Assembly (NCBI GenBank): GCA_038087875.1
Contig: JAXLNO010000043.1
Location: 186,001 to 233,168, forward strand
Direction: 5' to 3'
DNA: 47,168 bases
Source of the DNA: Malacoraja senta
Lineage: Eukaryota
A program made the translations under genes and the position numbers. Shown here piece after piece: positions 11,564-23,660 of this stretch (the stretch's first letter is position 1; every line of letters starts with the position of its first letter). The notes beneath the pieces are model-generated. The model did not search any database, had not been told where the DNA came from, and saw only the letters and a program-made list of their open reading frames with translations.

Positions 11564-11844
11564 TCAGGTGAGATATGGGAACATGAGGTTAGTCACAAGA
11601 GGGAGAGGAGAAACTTGGATAATTTTAAACTCTGTGGATTTTGACAAAAGTAAAGAAAAGGTTGAGATTGTTAGCAAGCTGGGTAGTGGGGATTTAAGAG
11701 AGATTGAGAAGAGGTTCTATTGACACTGCTCCCTTTACAAGTGTTGTGGAACCTCCAAAATTATAAAGTATTTGTATTCATTAATCCAGGTGTACTTGAT
11801 TTTACTTGTGAAGCATTTCTTTACTCATTTAGTTATTCTAGACA

Positions 11845-12505
11845 ATTTGAGCATCACTGTCAAGGTTAGTCGTTTCCCCCCATTGTTAATTGTACTCAAG
11901 ACAGTGGTAGATTGCTTTCCTAAACCTTTCCATTTCTTCCGGTGAAAGTACTCCCACATTTATACTCGGTAAGGAGTTGCAGCATTAAGAAGCAGTATCG
12001 ATAAAGGAAAGGTGATTCATTTCTTGTTATCATGGGGCAAGCAATTCCTGACACCACAAAAGCTCTCCATCAGCGGCAAGGCCCAATTCAGGAGCGTACA
12101 ATGCCTTGATGAATGTTACTCCAGTGATACTGAAGAAGCACAACATCATCCAGGACATAGCATGTCCTCATCTACTACTGTAATCTTCTTTGTTTCCACC
12201 ACTTGTGTACAAGGATCTCGGTCTCAATCAACCACCGCAAGGTGTCTCAATGTTCATTGCCAAGGCTACTTCAATAACACCTCTCATATCAGTGATCCCA
12301 TCAACCAAGAAAGACAATGGCAACAGGCCCATGGGATCACCACATGCTGTGGGTGCCTCTCCAGTCATGACTTGGAAATCCATTGCTGTTCCTTCATTCC
12401 TATCAAGAGCACTGTGGGAGCATCTTTCACTGGCTACGTAAGGATGTTCACATCCTCATGGGCTAAAAATGGAAGCCTGAGCAGTGAGGCCCACATTCTA
12501 AACAA
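11845..12505. mobile_element. Ancient degenerate LINE remnant (duplicated at ~14985-15643)
   Basis: + strand fragment FLTPQKLSISGKAQFRSV resembles an RT C-terminal region (L-x-x-x-YKAQVRS-like); heavily decayed. Confidence 0.5.
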
Positions 12506-12934
12506 GTGTAAACAGGGCCTAACACAGATCCTTCCTCTTTAACGCTGATGTTATCTTCAGATACAACTTCTCTATTTACCATTCACATTTAAAAGTAATT
12601 CCTTATAATTCTATTTGTGTAATTTTTTTAAATACGTGAGAACAGAACATATCTGTGTGTGCTGAGGATGCATTTATTATAAGGATAGTAACTAAAAGAC
12701 AGAGAAGCTCAAGTATCTGTGTTTGTCAGTGATTGGGATAAATTGTGGCAGATAATCTACAGTATGGTGCAAAGGAGAAGATTTATTCCAATTAGTTTTT
12801 ACTAATATCAGCATCAAAGTCAATATTTATTATCCATCCCTAACTACCTTGGAGAAGATGGTGGTGAGCTGCCTTCTTGAAGTTCTGTAATACTTTTGGT
12901 GAAGATGCTCTCACACAGCTATCAGGACTTAGTC

Positions 12935-13147
12935 ACAGTCATGGAACCACAGAGTCGTACAGCACAGAAACAGCTGCAACACGTCCATGCTGACCTAGTT
13001 TCCTCATCAAACTTAGTTCCATTTGCCCCATATCCCTCGAAACCTTTCCTTTCCATGAACCTGTTCAAGTGTCTTTTAATTGAAATGTTAGTACTTGCTT
13101 CAACTACCTCCTCTGGCAGCTCATCACATATACCTACTACCTTTTAT
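12935..13147 (-). mobile_element. Older CR1 (HER1-like) 3' end; in copy B it continues at 19863-20100 after a younger CR1 insertion
   Basis: GTACAGCACAGAAACAG...CCCATATCCCTC.AAACCTTTCC...CCTCTGGCAGCTC is the reverse complement of a CR1-type 3' end. Confidence 0.6.
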
Positions 13148-13323
13148 AGACAATAGGTGCAGGAGTAGGCCATTCAAGCCAGCACCGCCATTCAATGTGA
13201 TCATGGCTGATCATCCCCAATCAGTACCCTGTTCCTGCCTTCTCCCCATATCCCCTGACTCTACTATCTTCAAGAGCCCTATCTAGCTCTCTCTTGAAAG
13301 CATCCAGCGAACCGGCCTCCACA

Positions 13324-13920
13324 ATCAGAATCAGAATCAGAATCAGAATGCTTTATTGTCATTGCATGTGTCACATACAACGAGATTACTGTGTCACTCC
13401 ATTTAAAAGAACTTCAAACATTCACATACTCAAACTTTTTACACTCCCTCCCTCCCCAAACCCACCCATGGATTCACATTTACATAAATTAACACTGTCT
13501 CCCACCCCCCCTCCTTCCCCATAACCCGCTCCCGAGACAGAGTTCAGTTCCAAGATTGCTGATGGGTAAAAGCTGTTCTTGATTCTGGCAGTGCGTGACT
13601 TTAGCGACCTGTACCTTTTTCCTGAGGGCAGCAGTGTGAAAAGGTGGTGACAAGGATATGTAATGTCTTTCACGATATTACAGGTCCTGCTGCGGCATCT
13701 GGAGTGGTAAATGTCCTCCAGAGGGGGCAGGGAGAGTCCAATGATACCCTGGGCAGTTTTTATCACCCTCTGGAGAGCTGCTCTGTCAGCTGCTGAACAG
13801 TTCCCAAACCAGGCAGTTATGCAGTAAGTCAATATGCTTTCTACCGAACAGCGGTAGAAAGACTCCAGCAGTTTAGCAGACAGATGGGCCTTCCTCAGTG
13901 TTCTGAGGAGGTAAAGTCTC
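13324..13920 (-). mobile_element. Rex1/Babar LINE 3' fragment inserted into a CR1
   Basis: RLYLLRTLRKAHLS...FYRCSVESILTYCITAWFGNC...LLPSGKRYRS...KNSFYP; AATAAA followed by an (ATTCTG)n tail at 13324-13355. Absent from copy B (19425-19430). Confidence 0.92.
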
Positions 13921-13991
13921 TGAGGCCGAGAATTCCCTCTGAGGCAGAGAATTCTACATATTCACAACCCTCTGTGTGAAAAAGAACTAAG

Positions 13992-16900
13992 AACATGCAG
14001 GTACAGCAGGCAGCGAAGAAAGCTAATGGCATGTTGGCCTTCATAATGAGAAGATTTGAGTATAGGAGTAAAGAGGTAATTCTGCAGTTTTTTTTCCACA
14101 GTCTAAAAATAAAGGGGAGGCCATTTAAAACTGAGATGGGAAAAAACCTTTTCACCCAGAGAGTTGTGAATCTGAAATTCTCTGCCACTGAACGCAGTGG
14201 AGGCCAATTCACTGGATGTTTTCAAGAGAGAGTTAGATTTAGCTCTTAAGGCTAACTGAATCAAGGGGTATAGGGAGAAAGCAGGAATGGGGTACTGATT
14301 CTGGATGATCAGCCATGATCATATTGAATGGCAGTGCTGGCTCGAAGGGCCGAATAGCCTACTCCTGCACCTATGTTCTATGTTTCTATGAATGTGGGAT
14401 TCAGGGAACGGACACAGCAGCAGTGTGGAGCGGCCGGGAATTTTGGGATTCCCGTTAGGATTTCAGTCACAAAAGACAGTAGATGCCATTTTACTGGATG
14501 AATTTCAAAGAGAGTTATAGAGCTCTAGAGGCTAGCGGAATCAAGGGATATGGGGAGAACGCAGGCACAGGCTACTGATTGTGGATGATCAGCCATGATC
14601 ACAATGAATTGCGGTGCTGGCTCAAAGGGCCAAATGGCCTACTCCTGCACCTATTGTCTATGTTTCTCTGTTTCTATGTCAGGTGAGATATGGGAACATG
14701 CGGTTAGTCTAGTGAGGGAGAGGAGAAACTTGGATAATTTTAAACTAAACAATTTCACTGTGTGGATTTTGACAAAAGTAAAGAAAAGGTTGAGATTGTT
14801 AGGAAGCTGGGTAATGGGGATTTAAGAGAGATTTAGAAGAGGTTCTATTCACACTGCTCCCTTTACAAGTGTTGTGGAACCTCCAAAATTATAAAGTACT
14901 TGTAAGTATTTGAATATCATTAATCCAGGTGTACTTGATTTTACTTGTGAAGCATTTCTTTACTCATTCAGTTATTCTCGACAATTTGAGCATCACTGTC
15001 AAGGTTAGTGGTTTCCCCCCATTGTTAATTGTACTCAAGACAGTGGTAGATTGCTTTCCTAAACCTTTCCATTCCTTCCGGTGAAAGTACTCCCACAGTT
15101 ATACTAGGTACGGAGTTGCAGCATTAAGAAGCAATGTCGATAAAGGAAAGGTGATTCATTTCTTGTTATCATGGGGCAAGCAATTCCTGACACCACAAAC
15201 CTCTCCATCAGCGGCAAGGCCCAATTCAGGAGGGTGCAATGCCTTGATGAATGTTACTCAAGTGATACTGAAGAAGCACAACATCATCCAGGACATAGCA
15301 TGTCCCCATCTACTACTATAATCTTCTTTGTTTCCAACACTTGTGTAGAGTGATCTCGGTCTCAATCAACCACCGCAAGGTGTCTCAATGTTCACTGCCA
15401 AGGCTACTTCAATAACACCTCTCATATCAGTGATCCCATCAACCAAGAAAGACAATGGCAACAGGCCCATGGGATCACCACATGCTGTGGGTGCCTCTCC
15501 AGTCATGACTTGGAAATCCATTGCTGTTCCTTCATTCCTATCAAGAGCACTGTGGGAGCATCATTCACTGGCTACGTAAGGATGTTCACATCCTCATGGG
15601 CTAAAAATGGAAGCCTGAGCAGTGAGGCCCACATCCTAAACAATTGATTTCTAAGCAAACAATCTGGATGGAATCAGAAAGGGCACCTCATCATCAGCTC
15701 AGCATTTAGTCTTGTCCGGATCGTGAGAAGAAATCTAATCAAGTTCCTTCCTTAATCCGGGTTAACAAATCATTTCCTCCGAGCGGACAGGACAACAGAC
15801 TCCGGTAAGACCAGAGGTGGAGGTCTGTGCATTTATGTAAATAAAGCATGGTGCACGGACACCACCATCATCGAGAGTCACTGCTCAGCTAACCTAGAGT
15901 TCCTCTTGGTTAGATGCAGACCGTTCTATCTGCCCAGAGAGTTTACCTCCACTGTTGTGACTGCAGCCTATATTCCTCCTGATGCTAATGCCAAGCTTGC
16001 AATGAAAGATCTGCATACTGCCATTAGCAAACAACAGACTCACAACCCCGAGGCAGCCTTCATTGTTGCGGGTGACTTCAATCACTCCAACCTGAAGACT
16101 GTACTCCCCAAATTCCACCAACATGTCTCCTTCGCCACTAGAGAAGACAAGACACTGGACAAAGTCTACACTAACATGGCTGAAGCTTGCAAAGCCGTCG
16201 CCTCCCCCACCTTGGACAGTCTGATCACCTCTCATTGTTCCTGCTCCAAAGTACTCCCCACTCATCAGACATGTTAAACCCACTGTGAGGACAGTTAAAG
16301 TCTGGTCAGAGGAGGCGGACTCCACACTTCAGCAGTGTTTTGGAAACACTGACAGGAAGGCGTTTGCAGCCCAGGCCACCCTTGACTCCCACACAGACAT
16401 TGACTCCTATACATCCTCTGTTCTGGACTTTATAAACTCCACCATCAGTAGTGTCACCTCCCTCAAACGGGTGAGCATATTCCCGAATCAGAAGCCATGG
16501 ATGAACAGCGAGGTCAGGCTACTGCTGAAAGCATGGGACACCGCTTTCAGGTCAGGCGATGCCCGAGCCTACAGTTCATCCAGGGCTAACCTGAAGAGGG
16601 GCATAAAGAAGGCCAAGCACTGCCATAAGCTCAGGATTGAGGAGCACTTCAACAACAACTCCGACCCCCGACGCATGTGGCAAGGCATCCAGGCCATCAC
16701 GGACTTTAGACCCACCAACACCACCCCCGCATCCAGCAACGCCTCCTTCCTTGAGGAGCTTAACCACTTCTATGGCCGCTTCGATAGGGACAATCTAGAG
16801 ATGGCCATCAAGGCGGTGCTCCCTGCCGATCACCAGCCCCTCACACTCACCCCCTACGACGTATAAGTGGCACTGAGTAGGACTAATGCATGTAAGGCTG

Positions 16901-19478
16901 CTGGCCCTGACGGCATCCCCGGGTGCGTCCTCAGGGCCTGTGCTGCGCAGCTGACAGACGTCTGGACTGACATCTTCAACCAGTCACTTGCCCAAGCAGT
17001 TGTGCCCACGTGCCTTAAAACCACCTCCATCGTGCTGATGCCAAAACATTCCACTGCGGCGAGCCTCAACGACTTCCGCCCAGTTGCACTTACTCCCATC
17101 ATCACCAAGTGCTTCGAGAGGCTGGTCCTGGCACACCTCAAAGGCTGCCTACCCCCAACATTGGATCCCTATCAGTTTGCCTACCGCAACAACAGGAGTA
17201 CGGAGGATGCCATCTCAACGGCACTTCACTCCGCCCTCTCCCACCTCGACAACAGAGACATTTACGTAAAAATGCTGTTCATCGATTACAGCTCATCATT
17301 CAACACCATCATACCCTCTAAACTGATCACCAAACTCGGTGACCTGGGCATCGACCCCTCCCTCTGCAACTGGATACTGGACTTTCTAACCAACAGACAC
17401 CAGACTGTTAGGTTAGACAAGCACACCTCTTCATCCCTCACCCTGAACACTGGCGTTCCACAGGGCTGTGTGCTGAGCCCCCTCCTCTACTCCCTCTTCA
17501 CCTACGACTGCACACCTGTACATGGTACTAACACCATCATCAAGTATGTAGATGATACAACGGTGATTGGCCTCATCAGAAACAACGATGAATCGGCCTA
17601 TAGGGAGGAGGTCCAGCTCCTAGCAGCATGGTGCGCTGACAACAACCTGGACCTTAACTCCAAGAAGACCAAGGAGCTCATTGTAGACTTCAGGAAGTCT
17701 AGGGGCGGCACGCACACCCCCAATCCACATTCACCGGACGGAGGTGGAACGTGTTTCCAACTTCAGGTTCCTGGGGGTCTACATCTCCGATGACCTCTCT
17801 TGGACCCACAATACCTCAACTCTGGTCAAGAAGGCTCACCAGCGTCTCTTCTTCCTGAGGAGACTAAAGAAGGTCCATCTGTCTCCTCAGATTCTGGTGA
17901 ACTTCTACCGCTGTACCATCGAGAGCATCCTTACCAACTGTATCACAGTATGGTATGGCAACTGCTCTGTCTCCAACCGGAAAGCACTGCAGCGGGTGGT
18001 GAAAATTGCCCAACGCATCACCGCTTCCTCACTCCCCTCCATTGAGTCTGTCCAAAGCAAGCGTTGTCTGCGAAGGGCGCTCAGCATCGCCAAGGACTGC
18101 TCTCACCCCAACCACAGACTGTTTACCCTCGTACCATCCGGGAGGCGCTACAGGTCTCTCCGTTGCCGGACCAGCAGGTCCAGGAACAGCTTCTTCCCTG
18201 CGGCTGTTACACTACTCAACACTGTACCTCGGTGACTGCCAATCACCCCCCCACCCCCCGGACACTCCTCCCACCAGGATTTATTAGATTTATTTATTGC
18301 TCATATTTATGTCGCTCTTCTAGGGAGATGCTAACTGCATTTCGTTGTCTCTGTACTGTACACTGCACAATGACAATAAAGTTGAATCTGAATCTGAATC
18401 TGAATCTGATTTCCCCCATATTGTGTGAATTCTGCAGAGAAATACAATTCATTTTTATTGCTGCTAACCCTCTGTTTTGATATTTTTCCCCAGCTCCTGA
18501 ATGTTCCTCTTCGTAATTCATCTCATCTCCCCCTCCAACCCACACTGTCTGTCACTCTCACATTCTAAACAGAGGGATCATCACCCTGTCTTATCTGGTG
18601 CAAACAGAAGTGTAAACAGGGCCTAACACAGATCCTTCCTCTTTTACGCTGATGTTATCTTCAGAAACAACTTCTCTATTTACCCTTTACATTTAAAAAT
18701 AATTCCTTATAATTCTATTTGTGTAATTTTTTTTAATACGTGAGAACAGAACATATCTGTGTGTGCTGAGGATGCATTTATTATAAGGATAGTAACTAAA
18801 AGACAGAGAAGCTCAAGTATCTGTGTTTGTCAGTGATTGGGATAAATTGTGGCAGATAATCTACAGTATGGTGCAAAGGAGAAGATTTATTCCAATTAGT
18901 TTTTACTAATATCAGCATCAAAGTCAATATTTATTATCCATCCTTAACTACCTTGGAGAAGATGGTGGTGAGCTGCCTTCTTGAAGTTCTGCAATAATTT
19001 TGGTGAAGATGCTCTCACACAGCTATCAGGAATTAGTCAGATTCATGGAACCACAGAGTTGTACAGCACAGAAACAGCTGCAACTCCTCAATGCTGACCT
19101 AGTTTCCTCATCAAACTTAGTTCCATTTGCCCCATATCCCTCTAAACCTTTCCTTTCCATGAACCTGTTCAAGTGTCTTTTAATTGAAATGTTAGTACTT
19201 GCTTCAACTATCTCCTCTGGCAGCTCATCACATATACCTACTACCCTTTATAGACAATAGGTGCAGGAGTAGGCCATTCAAGCCAGCACCGCCATTCAAT
19301 GTGATCATGGCTGATCATCCCCAATCAGTACCCTGTTCCTGCCTTCTCCCCATATCCCCTGACTCTACTATCTTCAAGAGCTCTATCTAGCTCTCTCTTG
19401 AAAGCATCCAGCAAACCGGCCTCCACAACCCTCTGAGGCAGAGAATTCTACTTATTCACAACCCTCTGTGTGAAAAAG
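13992..19478 (+). repeat. Tandem duplication, copy B
   Basis: Same start and end motifs as copy A, separated from it by a 7-nt filler AACTAAG; contains the Rex1 insertion 15778-18408. Confidence 0.93.
15778..18408 (+). mobile_element. 5'-truncated Rex1/Babar LINE (APE endonuclease + RT), disrupted
   Basis: RADR...[84 protein letters not shown] followed by an (AATCTG)4 tail. Candidate TSD ATTTCC at 15772-15777 and 18409-18414. Confidence 0.94.
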
Positions 19479-19862
19479 TTTTTCCTCATATCCGTTCTAA
19501 ATGGCTTGCCCCTTATTCTTAAACTGTGGTCCCTGGTTCTGGACTCTCCCAACATCAGGAACATGTTTCCTGCCTCTAGCGTGTCCAAACCCTTAATAAT
19601 CCTATATGTTTCAATATGATCCACTCTCATCTTTCTAAACTCCAGAGTATACAAGCCCAGCCGCTCCATTTTCTCAGCATATGACAGTCCGACCATCCCG
19701 GGAATTAAACTTGTAAACCTGTGCTGCACTCCCTCAATAGCAAGAATGTCCTTCCTCAAATTAGGGGACGAAAACTGAACACAATACTCCAGGTGTGGTC
19801 TCACTAGGGCCCTACAACTGCAGAAGGACCTCTTTGCGTCTATACTCAACTCCTCTTGTTTG
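19252..19862 (-). mobile_element. CR1 3' fragment
   Basis: ORF 19448-19849 RALVRPHLEYCVQFSSP...FFTQRVVN, followed by the CR1 3' UTR. Confidence 0.92.
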
Positions 19863-20129
19863 AATCCTTTATCCTTTGAATGTAAAGGATGCCCTTCGTG
19901 TTCATATTAAACCTTATCATCTCACCTCAAACCCGTGTCCTCTGGTTCTTGATACCCCCACACTGGGTAAAAGGCTCTGTTCATTCAGCCTATCTATTCC
20001 CATCAATAATTCAACTATCTCAGCCTCCTGCACTCCAAGGAGTAAAGTCTGAGGGAGCACAATTTTTCAGGCCCATACAGATGATCCAATATTGGTCTCA
20101 ACACCACCTTCTCACTTTCCCCACATGTC

Positions 20130-21100
20130 CTGACTTCTGTTGAGTTTATAGTCAATCATCCTCTACCTTGAACATAGTCAATGTCTCAGCCTCTGCAGCT
20201 CCTTTGGGAAGATGACATCAAAAACTGTTGTGCCAGTCAGAGCAATATGGGATGACTTTGGTGTAATGACAAAACATTGTCCTCAATGAGAACTGTGCAA
20301 TGGTCTTCTGATTTCTGCCAAAGCCATGGTCAACAGATTCACCTGTTGCAGGTGGACAGGAGAGGAGGAGGTCAAGTAGGTCAATCCCTTGTGTTGGCTC
20401 ATTCTCTACCTGTTGTAGAAAGAGCCTGGCAGACACACCCTTCAGGGTTTGGCCATCTCAGTGAGTGGTCGTGTGACCAAGCCACTCCCAATGATGGATG
20501 CTGAGGTCCACACCCAGTGTACACTCTGTACTCTTGCTTCTTTTAATGTCATTCGAGATTTTGCTCAGCTGACCAATAATGGTGGGCATTCAATGGTGGG
20601 CATGGTGAAATCTGTGGGCTCCTTCCCATGAAGAGGGAAGTGAGGAAACAGTATGTTCTTTCTCCTTTCACCAGGGCCAATCCTCTCTCCGGGAATGGTT
20701 CAGTTTGTCCTAATGGGTGCAATGGAATTGCCAGCATGTTTAATGAACACAACCCTCTATGGAGGTTTTATCACCATGAAATGGCAGGACCTCCCTGGAT
20801 TGCATGTACTCTCTCGTGGAACATCAGGCCCAGCAGGATGCAGCAAAGCACCTGGAGCTCTCCCATTTGAGATCCATTTGAAATGTTCAAAATCGCAAAG
20901 GTGCAAGTTCGACTCCAGATGGAATCTTTATTTGTGGTATAATTCTACATCTTAACCCATTTGTATCAACACCAGTGGTGCCGCAACCCTGAGATGGAGG
21001 GGGAGTGTCATTTAGTTTGACAAGAGGCAGTGTCAATTACTGTGCAATGTGAGGGAACCTCAGCTTGTCCTGTGCTGGGCTCAAAGCCACGTTGCTGCTT
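20130..21100 (-). mobile_element. Ancient LINE remnant (decayed APE endonuclease region)
   Basis: Minus strand at ~20450-20540 (GTACACTGGGTGTGGACCTCAGCATCCATCATTGGGAGTGGCTTGG) looks like a decayed GDFN-x-HH-x-x-W motif; EPTQGIDLLDLLLS resembles PTR-x-x-x-x-LDL. Boundaries approximate. Confidence 0.55.
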
Positions 21101-21424
21101 CTCCAGAATGCCACACAAGTTCCTCTGCAGAAGGTCAGTAAACTTCAGAGATTATTCTTCATTGGTAATAGTGGATTAAATGAACGGGATTAAATGATTG
21201 AAAAGTAGTTTGCAAAACTGATGTACTTCTTCAAATGTTATTGTGAAATGTGTTCTCCTATTACAATGATGGTGTCTTCACTAAAAAGGGAACAAATGTC
21301 ATTGTTTTTGCTACATCCGACTGATTAAAATCTAAAATAGCGGTGTTTCTCTTGACTATTCAAATTCATTTTATTCTTTCCAATGAATAAAGTTAATGTT
21401 ATTATGCTTTCAAATGATTCTATT

Positions 21425-21818
21425 TTTTTCCCAATGTTCAATAGATTCAGGATCAGTTCCTGTGGATTGGAGGGTAGCTAATGTTATCCCACCTTTTAAG
21501 AAAGGCAGGAGAGAGAAAACAGGGAATTATAGATCAGTTAGCCTGACATCGGTGGTGGGGTAGATGCTGGTGTCAATTATAAAAGATGAGATAGCTGCAT
21601 ATTTGGATAGCAGTAACAGGATCGGTCCAAGTCAGCATGGATTTACGAAGGGGAAATCATGCTTGACTAAATCTTCTGGAAGTTTTTGAGGATGCAACTA
21701 GGAAAATGGACAAGCGAGAGCCAGTGGATGTAGTGTACCTGGACTTTCAGAAAGCATTTGATATGGTCCCACATAGGAGATTAGTGGGCAAAATTAAGGC
21801 ACATGGTATTGTGGGTAG
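21425..21818 (+). mobile_element. CR1 internal RT fragment
   Basis: DSGSVPVDWRVANVIP, GNYRSVSLTS, SQHGFTKGKSCLT, DVVYLDFQKAFD, KAHGI. Confidence 0.9.
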
Positions 21819-22105
21819 TCCAGTCATTGTGTTTTATAGCTGGTTTTCATTCTCTTCAGGCTGAAGGTCTCGACTCGAAACATCACCCATTCTTTCTCTC
21901 CAGAGATGCTGCCTGTCCTGCTGAGTTTTTCTAGTTTTCAGTGTCTATCTTCAGTTTAAACCAGCATCTGCAATTCCTTCCTACACTATTTGTTAAGCAA
22001 AACAGGTCCTATTCTCATTATATAATTTTGTGATCAGCGTGAGAGCATGAGAGTTTTGTGAAATGCGTGAGTCTCACGCACAGTGCGTGAGAGTAGGCAG
22101 CCCTG
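21819..22105 (-). mobile_element. Inverted copy of the DNA-transposon end segment (equivalent to 30517-30798) containing a Penelope-type short repeat
   Basis: Reverse complement of 30517-30798; ends exactly in the TIR ...GCGTGAGAGTAGGCAGCCCTG. Confidence 0.9.
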
Positions 22106-22142
22106 CACCATAATAAATATCTTACAGAAAAAATAATTGAAT

Positions 22143-22380
22143 GGGGTGGCACGGTGGCGCAGTGGTAGAGTTGCTGCCTTACTACCACATGGGTTTTCTC
22201 TGGATACTTCTGTTTCTCCCATATCCAAAAGAAGTGCAGGTTTGTAGGTTAATTGGCTTCTGTAAATTGTCCCTGGCGTGATGGATGGAATTGGTGTGTG
22301 ATAGATTGCTGGTCGGTGTGGACTTTGTGGGAGGAAGGGCCTGTTTCCATATATATTTTTACATATATATCTCAATTTCA
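22143..22380 (+). mobile_element. tRNA-derived SINE (HE1/V-SINE-like), internally deleted; copies at ~30888-31125 and ~39710-39945
   Basis: GGCACGGTGGCGCAGTGGTAGAG head with A box; B-box region deleted; core GCAGGTTTGTAGGTTAATTGG; LINE-derived tail GAAGGGCCTGTTTCC. Confidence 0.85.
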
Positions 22381-22448
22381 TTGAACCATATATGATTGAA
22401 AATGTGGCATAATTTTTGTCTTGTTTCTATATTCAAAGGGTAAGGTTG

Positions 22449-22584
22449 AAACCGTCTGAAGAAGGGTTTCGGCCCGAAACGTTGCCTATTTCCTTCGCTC
22501 CATAGATGCTGCCGCCACCCGCTGAGTTTCTCCAGCAATTTTGTCTACCTTCGATTCTCCAGCATCTGCAGTTCCTTCTCGAAC
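22449..22584 (+). mobile_element. Penelope-like solo terminal repeat with 7-bp TSD; copies at ~31196-31330 and ~40016-40150
   Basis: Flanked by AAGGTTG at 22442-22448 and 22585-22591. Contains CTGAAGAAGGGTTTCGGCCCGAAACGTT and ends CCAGCATCTGCAGTTCCTTC. Confidence 0.75.
22453..22486 (+). ncRNA. Minimal type I hammerhead ribozyme motif (intact copy also at 31200-31233)
   Basis: CUGAAGA (22456-22462), extra A, stem II GGGU/GCCC closed by UUCG, GAAA (22476-22479), palindromic ACGU in place of stem III, GUU cleavage triplet. Confidence 0.7.
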
Positions 22585-22871
22585 AAGGTTGGTTGATTTA
22601 TTTGTGCAGAACAGTGATGGAAGTGCGACTCTTGCTTTGTTTCACTGAGTTTTTAGCCTAATTTAGGCTAACCTTATTCATACGTAATCCAATTTAAAGC
22701 ATAAATGTTGCATTCAAATGCAAGTTAAGCGACTCGCTACAGTATGCACCAGATTGCACAATTTCAATCTGAAAAATGCAAATGCTCCCTACCCGCACCC
22801 CCCCCCCCCCCGGTCGCTACGCTCCCTCGCAATTTCTCACTCTCAACTCTCACCCAATGTTGGCAGCCCTG

Positions 22872-23429
22872 GTATTGTGTACAGTTTTGGTCTCCTAATC
22901 TGAGGAAAGACATTCTTGCCATAGAGGGAGTACAGAGAGGGTTCACCAGACTAATTCCTGGGATGGCAGGACTTTCATATGAAGAAAGATTTGATAGACT
23001 CGGCTTGTACTCGCTAGAATTTAGAAGATTGAGGGGGGATCTTATAGAAACTTACAAAATTCTAAAGGGGTTGGACAGGCTAGATGCAGGAAGATTGTTC
23101 CCGATGTTGGGGAAGTCCAGAACAAGGGGTCACAGATTAAGGATAACGGGGAAGTATTTTAGGACCAAGATGAGAAAAACATTTTTCTCACAGAGAGTGG
23201 TGAATCTGAGGAATTCTCTGCCACAGAAGGTAGTTGAGGCAAGTTCATTGGCTGTATTTAAGAGGGAGTTAGATGTGGCCCTTGTGGCGAAAGGGATCAG
23301 GGGGTATGGAGAGAAGGCAGGTACAGGATACTGAGTTGGATGATCAGCCATGATCATATTGAATGGCGGTGCAGGCTCGAAGGGCCGAATGGCCTACTCC
23401 TGCACATATTTTCTATGTTTCTATGTTTC
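22872..23429 (+). mobile_element. CR1 3' end (CR1a), downstream of the transposon right TIR
   Basis: YCVQFWSPNLRKDILAIEG...GYGEKAGTGY*, 3' UTR and (TTTCTATG)n tail. Confidence 0.94.
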
Positions 23430-23660
23430 TAAATATTTTCAAGATGTAGCGTCTCGGACATGTTTACAATGATTACGTAAAATAGTTGATATCTGCTGCT
23501 ATGTATGCTTCCATATAACTTTATATAACTTATATAACTCAATGTAAGCAAGACGGCTCTTAGGGAGCGGCAGTGAGGCAGTGGCCTTGTGAGGGAAGTG
23601 TCCTGTGAGAAAAGTGAGAGTCTTTGGCTCGTGAGTCTTCGGCGAGGAGGCTGAGGAGAG

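Larger units (their letters stand above)
10873..13984 (+). repeat. Tandem duplication, copy A
   Basis: Runs from AACATGCAGGTACAGC (10873) to TGTGTGAAAAAG (13984); colinear with 13992-19478 apart from insertions and deletions. Confidence 0.93.

Noticed and set aside
22143..22180. tRNA gene
   Set aside because: Only a tRNA-like SINE head; the B box and cloverleaf are missing and SINE body sequence follows.
22744..23334. Chimeric 196-aa ORF as a new fusion gene (also 40242-40874)
   Set aside because: Fortuitous in-frame join of the transposon right end and the CR1 C-terminus; frameshifted in unit 2 and no evidence of selection.
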